Shown piece after piece: positions 48,283 to 64,000 of a stretch of DNA of 64,000 nt (position 1 is the stretch's first letter; the number at the start of each line of letters is the position of its first letter). This DNA comes from Nemertoderma westbladi (Eukaryota > Animalia > Xenacoelomorpha), in contig JAUCBJ010005613.1 in assembly GCA_032718475.1 (NCBI GenBank), positions 13,614-77,613 on the forward strand, in the 5' to 3' direction. The position numbers and the translations under genes were made by a program. The notes under the pieces are model-generated. The model saw nothing but the letters and a program-made list of their open reading frames with translations, had not been told where the DNA came from and did not search any database.

Positions 48283-48828
48283 AAGAAAATACAGAAAGGC
48301 AGGAACTCCCAGAATAGCATGTAATTAGAAATTGAAAAATAATTGAATATAGAACACCAATACTCAGTGAATATAAAACTCCAAAGCGCCTATATTGGCG
48401 GGCTCTATTTCAATTATCTTTTCAATTATTAATTGTTGTAAATTATAGATTTTAACTTTGATGTCCTCTATTGCAACATCGATAGTTGTTGCGCTATAAC
48501 TTTAAGTTTGAAAGAAGTTATTGATTATTTTTATATAAGAATTTATAGATATAACGAACTGTGTACGTAGGCCTAAGGCCTATCGGTTACAATCCCTGCT
48601 AGTGGTGTGTCAGAGGCAATTTGAGAGTAGGCGTAAGTTGTAACGTGGGATACGACTAAACCCTAATTATTTAGGTCACAATAACCGAAAAATTCGGCAC
48701 CGCGGAATATTATTGTGGTCCTGTTTCGTTTGTTCTCTCAAACAGTTGTTAATGGAATAGATTCCAAGTGAGAACTGCTAACGACTTACTTACTACTACT
48801 ACTACTAGGTCGAACGAGCTCGGAGAAA

Positions 48829-49072
48829 ACTTATATGTATGTCGGATACGACTTATATTTATGTCGGACACGACTTATATGTATGTCGGACAAGACTTAT
48901 ATGTATGTCGGACACGACTTATATGTATTTCGGACACGACTTATATGTATTTCGGACACGACTTATATGTATGTCGGACACGACTTATATGTATGTCCGA
49001 CACGACTTATATGTATGTCGGACACGAATTATATGTATGTCGGACACGACTTATATGTATGTCGAACACGAT
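48829..49072. repeat. 22-bp tandem array (GACTTATATGTATGTCGGACAC), ~11 copies, next to an (ACT)n tract
   Basis: Direct periodicity. Confidence 0.92.
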
Positions 49073-49945
49073 TGATTTACGGTTTCCACAAAGTAATTGC
49101 TAATCTGTTTGTAACGTTAATGGCGATTTTGCCTCTGCGGTTCCCAAAAGTTTCTTATTATATAATTGTTAGATGGAATGTATGAGTTATAGACTGGATG
49201 TTCGTTTTCATTTAGCTTTGCCATCTAATAGGCACCACAGATTTAAGGAGTGGACATATTCCCTAACATTTATACAACATTGACATTGTTATTCTTTTCA
49301 TTGTTTTCTGGGCTCGGATTTCAATCGAATGGCCAAATAATCCAGCACATTTAAATTGTCCGATTTTATTTTCGGTGCCAGAAAATTAGTGGAGCCACCT
49401 CCCTAACAGACTTAAGCTAACTTGCTGCAATTATTCTCGAGTTGTGTTTTACAGAGTAGCCTGGTGAGACAACATACAGCATTAAATATGTGTAATACCG
49501 TTTCAGGTTTCAGAGTGAAAATATTGCTGAATTTACAATCTCATAAGATTTCTGAATCCCTTTCGTGTCCCTATGGTATTAGGATCGCCACTCTAACAGG
49601 AAATTTTCGTAAAAACACAATAAATCTTGTACTTACTTGCCTTCCAAACTACCATTAGTTGTGTACATCGATATTAAACTTAATTATCATCGCCTGTGTA
49701 ATAACCCGAGTTTGTTGTTCAGTTGGTCAATATGATATTTAATATGTTCACGTGTGGTTGATGTAGAGAGAGATGAGAACATTTATTTGAATATGTTCTC
49801 TATATGCAATGCATCAGGTCTCTGTGTTTCTTCTTCACATCGGTAACATTTACTGGTCTTATATGGAATGATGTCGGTTCAACCAGTTTAGCACTATTGT
49901 CGTCTACTGCAATCACGGAATCAGCAATAAATTAAAAAAACAACG

Positions 49946-50172
49946 TCAAACATAGTATCAAACATAGTATCAAACATAGTATCAAACATAGTATCAAACA
50001 TAGTATCAAACATAGTATCAAACATAGTATCAAACATAGTATCAAACATAGTATCAAACATAGTATCAAACATAGTATCAAACATAGTATCAAACATAGT
50101 ATCAAACATAGTATCAAACATAGTATCAAACATAGTATCAAACATAGTATCAAACATAGTATCAAACATAGT
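49946..50172. repeat. 12-bp tandem array (TCAAACATAGTA)n, ~19 copies
   Basis: Perfect periodicity. Confidence 0.95.
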
Positions 50173-50454
50173 TTCTAGAAGAGTCTGCCAAATGTCGTTG
50201 GATTCTCCTTCATCAAAAATTGGATCTTAATTCGGCATGACGTCACATATTACGGAAGTATTTTGTTTACACTTCCATTAACAATAGCCGTTACTGTTAG
50301 CCGATAATGCCTACTTTCTAATTTATATAGTTTACCAAATTCATGGGTTAACTCTCTAATTACAAATACATTGGCAATGTAGAAAACATTGTGATTTTAC
50401 CTTTTTATTCTGTAAAGAATTGAGGCAAAAACATAGGCAAAAAATGAAAAATAT

Positions 50455-51484
50455 AAGTAACCAGCACTTTTAAGTTTGAATACAACAATTTTAATTGACT
50501 TATACAAAGCTATAAATTCAGATTTTCAGGTTTTCTTGGGAGCTGATTTTAGTGGATTACATTTCTCATTTTCCAGATCATTGCTACTCTTATTTTTCGG
50601 CGTAATATGGCAAATTTCGTATCTATTACCAAAAACTACAAGTTCGAGATTCCAGTGAGTGCTGTTTTTATTGATTCCATTGGATTCAGGACCAATAATA
50701 ATTGTAATAAACCCGTATAACGCAAGAAACAAGACGATACTAACTATCGATCTATTTTCATAAAAAAATACAAGTTTGAGAACTCACGTAGTAATTACTT
50801 ATTCAATTGAATTCAGAACCTTTACAAACCCGTATAACGCAAGAAACAAGGTGACACAATCAATTAATATATATTTGATGGGTTGCAAAATTTGGTGCTA
50901 GCACCAAATTTTGCACCAACTAACTTCCGAAATATACAAGTTTGAGATGTCTTAGTTAGATAATTATTTATTCCATTGTATTCAGAATCCCTATAAACCT
51001 CTAAAACGCGAGAAATAAGTTGTCACAATCAATTGAACTATTGAATGAATATTCAAAATTTCGTGCTGACACCAAATTATAATAATAATAATAATAAACA
51101 TTTTATATGCCTGGTGCAACTTGTATATATTCCATCGAAACCAGAAACCCCCAAAAACCCCTATTTCGCAAGAAACAGGTCCAAACAATCAATTTACAAA
51201 ATTGATATAATTCAAAATTTGGTGATGGCACCAAAAATTGGCACCCACCGAAAAATACAGGTTTTAAATTTCTAGCTTATTTTATTTTAATTCCATCTAA
51301 TTGCGAACACGAAAAAGCCAGTCTAAATAAAAAATAGAGATGTTACAAATCATATATCACGAAATGTGAATTTTAAAAAGGTCTCAAAAAAGTGCCAAAA
51401 GTAGGGTTAAAAAATGGTGCAATAACTCGAAAACTTCCCAATATTTATATATGGAAATATTTACCCCCCCCGGGTTTAATAGGT
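50455..51484 (+). mobile_element. piggyBac-like MITE, inverted relative to 44719-45820
   Basis: Ends CCCCCCCGGGTTTAATAGGT|TTAA, the reverse complement of the 44715-44745 end; internal homology extends to ~45660. Confidence 0.7.
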
Positions 51485-52737
51485 TTAAAGTTAAAATGAC
51501 ACTAATTAATAAATTATTATAAACTAATCTATTACAATGATATGTGTTGAGATTCACTCTGTAAAGTAAATAGTTCTTGGTTGTTATTTGAATATAAATT
51601 AAAGGCTAAATAAACATCTCTAGTAGAGAATGATTTCCTACTTAAAGGAGACTGCGAAACACTTACCACATAATATTATAATTTAAGTCCATAATGTATT
51701 TCAAAACAATAACAACCCAATTAGGAGTAACCATCGATTTCGTGCTGATGTGGTAGAAAACATTATGGTTTATCCATAGTTATGCATTGTTGTGCAGTTT
51801 GTTTATTTTAATTCATTTCGAATTATTAATATGGTTATGCATATCCATATTCAACATCATATGCAAAATAATTAGTTTCAACAATAGATTTTCAGATGGA
51901 CGGCCAGTTTGAGTTGAATTATTGAAAAGCCCGAATGGAGTTCTTTTGTTTGTGACAAATATCATCAATTGCGCCTTTATAATTTATGATGGGAGAAATG
52001 AATGCTATGAGAGTGCGAGATAATACTTTATAGTATAACAGCGGCGGTGATTACGTTATTCCTGTCATGAAAGTATTCAGTAAATCTTTTAGGTGATTTT
52101 GGAAATTAATTTTATTAGATCAATACTACTAGTGATGCACAGACATACACATGGAACTAGTTCCTAGGTCACTAGAACTAGGTCAGCAGGAACTAGTATT
52201 GTCTATGTTTATTTATATATGACTAGCCAAAAAACGTGATAAATAAAAAACTATTGTATGGCCTGAAAGTAAATAATATAAATCTTTTGGATTACAAAAT
52301 AATTTACTAGCTACTAAATTCGAACGAAGCTAGCTAGTAAATGTTACAAACCAAAAATTAACAAATAATAATTTATTACATGTGAAAAATACGTAGTACT
52401 TTTTCACTATTCTCGAGGCATTTTTTACCGAGCGCTAGCCCCAGGCCGAACCCCATGCGATGTCGGCACTTAATAAATAAATTGGAATTGAGCAGTGAAT
52501 GCAAATGAAATAAGTATGAAGGTAGGCCGCGGCACATCTTATGTGGAGATATAATATTAGGATTTTAAGTGCTGTGGTACTTAGTTATTATTTTTTTAAA
52601 TTAATTTTATAAGTGCCGGCATCGCCGTGGGTTTGTAACTGGTGTATTCTCAAATCCCATACCGTCTCAGCACTGAGTTCCTTATCAACCGCTAGACTCT
52701 CATATGGTTCTTACGTCAGGTTGAATTGAATAGGGTT

Positions 52738-53735
52738 GGTGTGAGAAAAAATTTGTTGGGCTAGAAACAATTGAATAAGGTGCCCTGAATCGAGGGCGGG
52801 ATGTGCTTATGGTAGAAACACGTGGAAACGGTCGAAATGGCGGGTTTAAATAAGCTCGGGAAGACAATTTTAAAATTGGCTGTGATTATGGCTGCTACAG
52901 ATTCGACGTCACTACAAAGTGCTCTGATAAATTTTTATCTTGGTTTTTATGGAGAGAGATGTTCGATCCATTCAAATACACATTGAATTTCAATCATTCA
53001 CATGTGGCGTATATCAATTGAAAGCGGAAAGTCTTGCACGTATTTTGACACTACAATTAATAAAATCCATGATGAGGAACATTGATAAAATTCTGTTTCC
53101 AGCAGTATTTCCAGCTCCAAGCTATACTGAGTACGGTAATGCCTACAGATTAGATTTATAATAACACTAAACTTGTAATACCGGTCATGCGGTACTATAA
53201 TAATTGGTACTTAAATATTAAAAATGTGTACCGGTCACCCGTGCTGTAAACCCACTTTGTGAGGTGCGCTGAAATATTCAGATATTGCAATAGGCTAATT
53301 AGGGCTGAGTACTAGCATACCGGTTAGTCAACCTGCAGAGTTTGTAATTGTGAACAGTATTTTATCAATCTTTATCATAATTAATTAAATTATTTGTAGT
53401 GTAAACAGACGTGCAAGACTCTCCACTTTCATTTGATATAGGCCACGTGTGAAAGAAATGATTGAGATTTAATGTGTGATCGAATGGATTGAAAATCACT
53501 ATCCATAGAAACCAAAATAATTAATTATCTAAGAACTTTGTAATGACGTCAAATATGTAACAGCCAATCACAGCCTATTATCAAAATTGCTTTCCCGCGC
53601 TTACTTAAACCCGTTATTTCGACGGTTTCCACGTGTTTTTACTATAAACAAACCCCGCCACTCGATTCAGGGCTCCCTTTATTGTTACCCCTTATTAGAC
53701 GGATACAAGAATTGGTTGTCCTTATTTCTCACACG
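52738..53735. mobile_element. Old foldback element with ~200-bp inverted arms (52738-52930 / 53525-53735)
   Basis: GCCCTGAATCGAG...ACACGTGGAAAC.GTCGAAAT...GACGTCA.TACAAAGT is mirrored at 53531-53673. Confidence 0.7.
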
Positions 53736-54134
53736 TGTTTGTTTATGTGTTGGTTTGTTTGTACATACAACTTCTTGCACTTAATGTTGATGGAATTGGG
53801 TGAAACTATGATAATATTTTCACTATCGGACCTAGTTGTGTATGCAAGGTTTTGGTTGCGAGGGACCTGTTGGTTGCCTAGCAATAAATTAATTATAGAC
53901 TGACCGATCATAATCGTAGAATTTACTCAATAAAAATTCTGTCGACACCCAATAGGGAGCATCTATTGGACATGCTTTCTGTAAAATTTCGCTACTGTGG
54001 TTAGCGCTACTGATGCGGCCGAATGTCATCCATACTTAATATACCTATTTTGGTGTTTTGTTATCAATTATGTACAGATGATCTAGTATGTGAGTAAGAA
54101 AATTCATGAAATTGTCCGATTTCCGAGTCTATTC

Positions 54135-54140
54135 TTTATT
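54135..54140 (-). terminator. Candidate AATAAA polyadenylation signal of the peptide gene
   Basis: AATAAA ~260 nt after the stop on the minus strand. Confidence 0.35.
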
Positions 54141-54400
54141 TACCAAAGTCAAAATGCCTGGAAAAGATAATTAATTAATGTTACCAATAATTCATCCTGT
54201 GTACAGAGCATCATCTCCTATAATTACAGTATTGCCAAATGTTAAATGTTACAAATACTAAATAAAAGCTTAACAGTGTTTACCTACATTAACGAAGATT
54301 TATGAATCTGACATGAACTATATAGTAAGTTAACACCATAAACAAACTTTAACAATGTACATGTGTTTACATTCGTGTTAATCATAATAATTTAATATGG

Positions 54401-56082
<1,682 letters not shown>

Positions 56083-56269
56083 TAAAAATTTGATATTTTT
56101 TCCAAAATGAATGTAAAATTTAGTTTAAATGATGTAATTTAGAATTTGAATAACACTGAATAATAATTAATATTGCTTGTTGTTGCAGAATGATGAACTG
56201 ATAAACATGGTTTGATGTCCCATAAAATGTGTCAGATATATTTGAATGTCGCAATTACATGTTTAGGTC

Positions 56270-56730
56270 GTAGACTTTAGATCCCGGGTGTCAGGCACCA
56301 GTTTTGCGCCACTTTAGCGTAATTAAAAGAGAGACTTTAGATTCCGGAAGACTTTAGATCCGAGCGGGAATTTAGATATCATGAATCCTGGTAATAGTTA
56401 CTGCTTACTAGTGCGCCGTTAACATATTGGGTAATTGGTGGGTCAGGTTTGTTTTTTTGGCTAGGGTTTGTTGGTCAGGCGCAAACCCAAATTAAAATTG
56501 TCATGTAGTCCTAATCCTATGTCATAATCTAAGATTGTGTAATTGCAATCGTTGTCGCCATCGTTTGGGCCTATGGCAATAATGACATCTTAGATTATGA
56601 CTTACGACTCAGGGTTAGGGTTACATGACATTCTTAATTAGGGTTTGTGCCGCCAATCCTGTATTCGGTGAAAGCTGTCTACTGGGATCATGAGTAACGT
56701 CGGGATCTAAAGTCCCCGGGATTTAAACTC
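56270..56730. repeat. Nested inverted-repeat element just upstream of the peptide gene
   Basis: GACTTTAGATCCCG (x3 variants) vs CGGGATCTAAAGTC; inner GGCGCAAACCC...GTCATAATCTAAGAT vs ATCTTAGATTATGAC...GGGTTTGTGCC. Confidence 0.65.
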
Positions 56731-57799
56731 CATCAACTCATGTAAACGAACTGAGGGGGATTTAAAGCTTGTGAAAATTGAATTTCAGGCTTTTCCGATT
56801 TCTTTTGACTTTCTCTGCTGATTTATTCTGATTTTTGGTGGTGAAGATGTTCGGAATTCACACCACTACAGTCTGGGTCAACAATAGGTTTTCTTGCGTC
56901 AGATGTCCCTAATACTTCCTTACGGTTTATTATATTTTTATGTTCATATTATGTAATTATTTTGTAGCTATTTTTAGTGTGTCCTGAAAATTGGAGGAAC
57001 AATAAGATCAATGGCAACAATTTACTTTAAAACATTGACTTTCTGTTCTCCTACTGTTGCAGGCAGCTAATTCTCAAATTTACAATGACTTCTGACTGGG
57101 TGTGTGATTCAGCACCAAATTCCATTCAATTTCAGATATGTTGTTAACCGACAATTTTGAATGATTGTTGCGTATTCGTAACGTGGGTGATTCGAAAAGA
57201 ACGTCAATTAATTTATTCTGATTAGGATTATTATCATTTAGTTGATTGATTCAGCAACTTTTATCAATGTAAGCTATTGTTAAGAAACTACAAATATTAC
57301 AAAGAGACTTTAGTTTCTACAATGTTTTCACACTTTTTCATATATCTGATAATCGCCTTGTTCTATATAATTGAGACACTACGATACCTGGAATAACCAG
57401 TAAAGGAATATTTAAACCGACAGATCCTTCAAATGGCAAAATTATATTTATAATCTCAGATAAATTCACCTGCAGTTTAGTCCCTTCCAAAGTAATCATA
57501 AAAATCAAAAGCTTCCAGAATTTCGATTGGTTGATTGTGAGAGTTGCAATTTTCCAACAAACTCAAACTTTACACCGCCGTTCGTTCAATTTATTCTTTG
57601 TTTATTAAATACCACATAATTAGCGGCCGGTGCTTTTCCCTAATTATTCCATCACTTTATTCTAGAAATTCTTATTGTTATAATGTTGTTACGTTATTAA
57701 ATTATGTTTTATTCCAATTAATTAATTTTGATATTACCTAATTCCACGATCTCTGTTGAAAACGAAGACGATTCCAATTTCGTCATTATCTATCATAAT

Positions 57800-58160
57800 T
57801 GCCGCTGCATTGCATTACAGCTACTTTGTGAATGCTTTTTAGCGATAAAATTGCGACGCCACAACACCCTATCACCCATAACTTTCGCAAGATTATCCGC
57901 ATCTTCAAGGACAGTTTTCTTTAAGAGGTTTCTTAAGAAAGTCCTTTGCTGTCAACCACGCTTTGCTATATTCTCCACGACGCTGCCAAAGCAAAAGATT
58001 GTGCAGGGACTGGTCCTCCTAACGAAAGCTAATTTGTGAAATGCAAAGCGGAGGCGGAGGGACTTGTTCAATATGTGTGCATTATATATTGAGAACAATA
58101 GTAACAACATTCTTATGTATGTCCCATCCATGAGTTTGAGTCCTCAGCAGTAAGAGGCCA
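57800..58160 (-). mobile_element. Highly diverged RTE 3' fragment
   Basis: GCTGCATTGCA...AAAATTGCGACGCCACAAC.CCCTATCACCCAT...GCAAAGCGGAG...TCCTCAGCAGT aligns with 3245-3655. Confidence 0.7.
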
Positions 58161-59657
58161 GCATTTAGGTTAGGAACACCCAGAAGAAGGCAGGTTTCCT
58201 TCCATATTATTGTGGCACTGGGTTTACGAAAGCACTAGCGTCTAAAGTATCAGAAGCGTCTACACTATTTCGAATGGCTCTGTATACACAGATATAGGGT
58301 GGCTTGTTAATGAATACAAATAATCTAGTATTTATATTTACATTTACAATAATTTTTTCGAAGCCGAATTTATTTCGACTAGTTTAGAGAAAGTGGCCGC
58401 CACTCTACAGACACAAGAAACCTCAGTAAATCTAAGTAGACAATGGAGATTTGCCATAGAAAATTATAGATTGTATAATTGTATGCAACATCGCGCGATG
58501 GATGTACTGTATGGCGCATTAAGATGGCGTTTCCTGTCTTTGGCTCATTGGATTAGTAAGGATCTCTCTTGTGGATTATTGGGGAGCCATTCGATGTTTT
58601 CTCCAGGATACAGATTGCCGGTGATAAAGGAGCAATAATTTTGGTTTACCAAATTAAATTTTTTTGTTTCATATTCTTAAATCTTTAGGAGTAAAACGAA
58701 TATGATTAACCCAAATCTGTTTATTCGAAATGCATAAAATACATTTTTCTCAAATAATAAAAAGCCATAAAATATCATTACGATACGAAGAAAACAATTC
58801 CATGACCTAATGCTTATATGGTAGTTCTACCTTTATAGTAGTGCAGCAATTGTAAATGTTAGTTTTATAACGGTATGGCTTATAAATTACTCATTCTGGG
58901 GATGTAACCGAATATATCACGATATTAGCTCGCGCACCAGTAGTACCTGCATACACACAAATCAAAAATATTATATATTTATTATACAATAAAACAATAA
59001 TTTATAGTCAGATTTCATACATAACTACTCATTTTAATATTCTGTTATTTACGACTTTGCCATTCAAGTCCTGGTTGGGAAAATATAGTTGTATTCTACA
59101 AAATTGCTTTTTTCACAATATTTGTATCCGGAGTTTCAATTGTTTCCAATGTTCCAATGATGTTCCAATGAAATTGGTTTCATTGTAGTCTTTACTTACA
59201 TTAGGCCCCCCTACACAAAAAACACATTGATGGATGGACATTGGGTTGATAATATATCATCTGACATATTTTCCTAAACTTTGATGATGTTCATGTACCG
59301 TATCACCACCAGTCAGTAACTATAATTGTTGAATTTCTCGTTGAAGACGAAACAAATTATTAAAGTTCCTTCCATAATTGAGATAATTTTATATATATAA
59401 ATTACCGTAAGTTATTACGCAAAACAACAAATATTTAACAATTATTAAATAATTAATGCGAACAATAAGCGATATTGCGTGAAATAATTGAACAGCAACA
59501 GCACAAACAATACAATTAAAAAGAAAAAAAAGTAGGTCATATATAAATGAAGCGAGAGTTAGTAGGATCCTGGAAGGCCAGTACCTTCCCCGAATCCCCG
59601 AATGGTCTATGACCACCACGCAAACACAACGAGTTCAACCCCAGCAGTGTCAACTGG

Positions 59658-62600
59658 GGGCGTCTGCGTACACTACCAATCACGGTGGAGTATCCACACA
59701 GGCGCATCCCAACTGAAGGCGTCTGCGGACACCACCCATAACGGTGGAGTATCCATACAGGCGCATCCCAACTGAAGGCATCTGTGTACACCACCCATCA
59801 CGGTGGAGTATCCATACAGGCGCATCCCAACTGAAGGCGTCTGCGTACACCACCCATCATGGTGGAGTATCCACACAGGCGCATCCCAACTGAAGGCGTC
59901 TGCGTACACTACCCATCACGGTGGAGTATCCACACAGGCGCATCCCAACTGAAGGCGTCTGTGTACACCACCCATCACGGTGGAGTATCCATACAGGCGC
60001 ATCCCAACTGAAGGCGTCTGCGTACACCACCCATCATGGTGGAGTATCCACACAGGCGCATCCCAACTGAAGGCGTCTGCGTACACTACCCATCACGGTG
60101 GAGTATCCACACAGGCGCATCCCAACTGAAGGCGTCTGTGTACACCACCCATCACGGTGGAGTATCCACACAGGCGCATCCCAACTGAAGGCGCCTGCGT
60201 ACACCACCCATCACGGTGGAGTATCCATACAGGCGCATCCCAACTGAAGGCGTCTGCGTACACCACCCATCATGGTGGAGTATCCACACAGGCGCATCCC
60301 AACTGAAGGCGTCTGTGTACACCACCCATCACGGTGGAGTATCCATACAGGCGCATCCCAACTGAAGGCGTCTGCGTACACCACCCATCATGGTGGAGTA
60401 TCCACACAGGCGCATCCCAACTGAAGGCACCTGTGTACACTACCCATCACAGTGGAGTATCCATACAGGCGCATCCCAACTGAAGGCGTCTGTGTACACC
60501 ACCCATCACAGTGGAGTATCCATACAGGCGCATCCCAACTGAAGGCGTCTGCGTACACCACCCATCATGGTGGAGTATCCACACAGGCGCATCCCAACTG
60601 AAGGCGCCTGTGTACACCACCCATTACGGTGGAGTATCCACACAGGCGCATCACAACTGAAGGCGTCTGCGTACACTACCCATCACGGTGGAGTATCCAC
60701 ACAGGCGCATCCCAACTGAAGGCATCTGTGTACACCACCCATCACGGTGGAGTATCCACTCAGGCGCATCCCAACTGAAGGCGTCTGTGTACACCACCCA
60801 TCACGGTGGAGTATCCACACAGGCGCATCCCAACTGAAGGCATCTGCGTACACCACCCATCACGGTGGAGTATCCACACAGGCGTATCCCGACTGAAGGC
60901 GTCTGCGTACACCACCCATAACGGTGGAGTATCCATACAGGCGCATCCCAACTGAAGGCGTCTGCGTACACCACCCATCACTTTGAAGTATCCACACAGG
61001 CGCATCCCAACTGAAGGCGTCTGCGTACACCACCCATCATGGTGGAGTATCCACACAGGCGCATCCCAACTGAAGGCGTCTGCGGACACCAGCCATAACG
61101 GTGGAGTATCCACGCAGGCGCATCCCGACTGAAGGCGTCTGCGTACACCACCCATCATGGTGGAATATCCACCCAGGCGCATCCCAACTGAAGGCGTCTG
61201 TGTACACCACCCATCATGGTGGAGTATCCACCCAGGCGCATCCCAACTGAAGGCGTCTGCGTACACCACCCATCATGGTGGAGTATCCACACAGGCGCAT
61301 CCCAACTGAAGGCGTCTGTGGACACCACCCATAACGGTGGAGTATCCACACAGGCGCATCCCAACTGAAGGCGTCTGTGTACACCACCCATCACGGTAGA
61401 GTATCCATACAGGCGCATCCCAACTGAAACCATCTGCGTACACCACCCATCACGGTGGAGTATCCACACAGGCGCATCCCAACTGAAGGCGTCTGCGTAC
61501 ACCACCCATCATGGTGGAGTATCCACACAGGCGCATCCCAACTGAAGGCGTCTGTGTACACCACCCATCACGGTGGAGTATCCACACAGGCGCATCCCAA
61601 CTGAAGGCGTCTGTGTACACCACCCATCACGGTGGAGTATCCATACAGGCGCATCCCAACTGAAGGCGTCTGCGTACACCACCCATCACGGTGGAGTATC
61701 CATACAGGCGCATCCCAACTGAAGGCGTCTGCGTACACCACCCATCACGGTGGAGTATCCACACAGGCGCATCCCAACTGAAGGCGTCTGTGTACACCAC
61801 CCATCACGGTGGAGTATCCATACAGGCGCATCCCAACTGAAGGCGTCTGCGTACACCACCCATCACGGTGGAGTATCCACACAGGCGCATCCCAACTGAA
61901 GGCGTCTGTGTACACCACCCATCACGGTGGAGTATCCATACAGGCGCATCCCAACTGAAGGCGTCTGCGTACACCACCCATCACGGTGGAGTATCCATAC
62001 AGGCGCATCCCAACTGAAGGCGTCTGCGTACACCACCCATCACGGTGGAGTATCCATACAGGCGCATCCCAACTGAAGGCGTCTGCGTACACCACCCATC
62101 ACGGTGGAGTATCCACACAGGCGCATCCCAACTGAAGGCGTCTGTGTACACCACCCATCACGGTGGAGTATCCATACAGGCGCATCCCAACTGAAGGCGT
62201 CTGCGTACACCACCCATCACGGTGGAGTATCCACACAGGCGCATCCCAACTGAAGGCGTCTGCGTACACCACCCATCACGGTGGAGTATCCACACAGGCG
62301 CATCCCAACTGAAGGCGTCTGCGTACACCACCCATCACGGTGGAGTATCCACACAGGCGCATCCCAACTGAAGGCGTCTGTGTACACCACCCATCACGGT
62401 GGAGTATCCACACAGGCGCATCCCAACTGAAGGCGTCTGCGTACACCACCCATCACGGTGGAGTATCCACACAGGCGCATCCCAACTGAAGGCGTCTGCG
62501 TACACCACCCATCACGGTGGAGTATCCACACAGGCGCATCCCAACTGAAGGCGTCTGCGTACACCACCCATCACGGTGGAGTATCCACACAGGCGCATCC

Positions 62601-62776
62601 CAACTGAAGGCGTCTGCGTACACCACCCATCACGGTGGAGTATCCACACAGGCGCATCCCAACTGAAGGCGTCTGTGTACACCACCCATCACGGTGGAGT
62701 ATCCACACAGGCGCATCCCAACTGAAGGCGTCTGCGTACACCACCCATCACGGTGGAGTATCCACACAGGCGCATA
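59658..62776. repeat. GC-rich 59-bp tandem array (ACACCACCCATCACGGTGGAGTATCCACACAGGCGCATCCCAACTGAAGGCGTCTGCGT), ~53 copies
   Basis: Period 59 (e.g. 62221 to 62280); more homogeneous toward the right end. Confidence 0.97.
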
Positions 62777-64000
62777 CACTTAATTTACAAGAATGAAGGT
62801 AATTTACACTTAATTAAATTCCAATCTATTATTATTTCCTTACATAAATTGACATTCCATAAATCATAAATGTGGGGCGAGCGAGCCACGAAGTTGCTGA
62901 AGCCTGTATCTTTCTGTTTACAATCCTTTCAAGCTGAAACCTGGGAGATTGTACTAGGCCATTAGCTGTGCCATTCAAAGGGGACTAACTAATCTTCAGT
63001 TCCCTAGTCTCCCGCTAGAAGGCGAAATGTCTGAAAGTGAAATCTTTGACCCGTTACGTTATTTATGACCCTTTAAAGCTTTTATGTGCTGGAACGTGTG
63101 TTTGTGGGATCGGTAATTGGTCTGCAGTGCTCCAATGTGCCGCTACAGGCAGGTACGAAATTTATAACCTTCTCCCATTTCCGTGATTTTAATTTGTTTA
63201 AGCTGAATCGTGGCATGTGTGTACTTTACCACAAGTTGAGTGTTTGTGAAGGTGATCGGCTCGCAGTTCTCCTCCTAAACTAACGGGAACGGCTGATGCT
63301 GTCATAGTATCTAAATCTAAATAAACGAGATATGTGTTATTAAACGCCACTCCAGGGCGATAATGGGTTGAGTAAGAATATATTATCTATGTCTGCAGTA
63401 TGTCCCCCTGGGGGAATTGTAATAAATAGCACTGGCACTGCAATAGCTGAAAAAGATTCAATTCATTATTTTAATATATTCTAATCTATATTCCTCGATA
63501 TCCAACGTCTACCGGTACAACCTGGAAGCTAAATGTGAATAAATCCGTATCGAAGCCGGGAATATCTACCAGTACAATGGTTTACTGCGAGGCAAGAAGT
63601 GTGGCGAATAGGCAATAGGGGAGGGAAGGGAGGTGGACGGCAATAAGGGGAGGGGGGAGAGGCAAGAAGGGGAGTTTAAAAGGCAATTAGGTGAGGGGAA
63701 AGGCAATAATGGGTGGTGAACAGGAAATTTTATCGAATAAAATTGCGATTAAATTAAAAATAACTATAACTACTGAGACACATTGTGATTAACACCTTAC
63801 TTAATCCAATCAGGGAACTGTTATTAATAAGCTATAATAAGTTATAATATCTATAAAAACTGACATTGATTTTTCGGACTTTTACAACGATCAATTTTAT
63901 TAAACTGGAACCACGCTACACAGCTACATCGCGACACGCACACGACTCTACTTGCTGTAGATGAATGCAAGACTCTTTGTAAAACGGTGAATGTAATTAC

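Noticed and set aside
56612-56645. Telomere-like GGGTTAGGGTTA
   Set aside because: Only two units, embedded in an interspersed inverted-repeat element
59560-59780. Hammerhead ribozyme/retrozyme in the 59-bp array
   Set aside because: CTGAAGG is not CUGANGA and there is no GAAA partner in the unit
59658-62776. CRISPR-like appearance of the 59-, 43-, 41- and 44-bp arrays
   Set aside because: Units are contiguous with no unique spacers, there are no cas genes, and the context is eukaryotic

Overview
AT-rich, repeat-dense animal (probably invertebrate) genomic DNA with GT-AG introns; nothing here looks prokaryotic. Two spliced genes can be assembled by hand on the minus strand, and the ORF track shows only fragments of them. 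(1) An 11-exon, 1506-nt (501 aa) ADAM/reprolysin (M12B) gene spans 7052-48183 with all intron phases compatible. It has a signal peptide, a 42-aa Cys-free propeptide ending in KR, a metalloprotease domain ([15 protein letters not shown] Met-turn), an internally deleted disintegrin domain and a Cys-rich domain. It then stops without EGF, transmembrane or cytoplasmic parts, giving a secreted P-III snake-venom-metalloprotease-like architecture. (2) About 6 kb upstream is a 2-exon, 109-aa prepropeptide gene (54401-56082) that would release a one-disulfide peptide AFENPKCGENVPSFWCPS between dibasic sites. The rest is mobile and tandem DNA: many RTE-clade LINE 3' fragments, a nearly full-length two-ORF RTEX-like LINE, and an older LINE split by a P-like foldback element with a 7-bp TSD. 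There is also a 5'-deleted Gypsy with open RNaseH-integrase, piggyBac-like and other MITEs, and a dozen tandem arrays, at least one clearly born inside an RTE copy. All calls come from reading the sequence; no searches were run.
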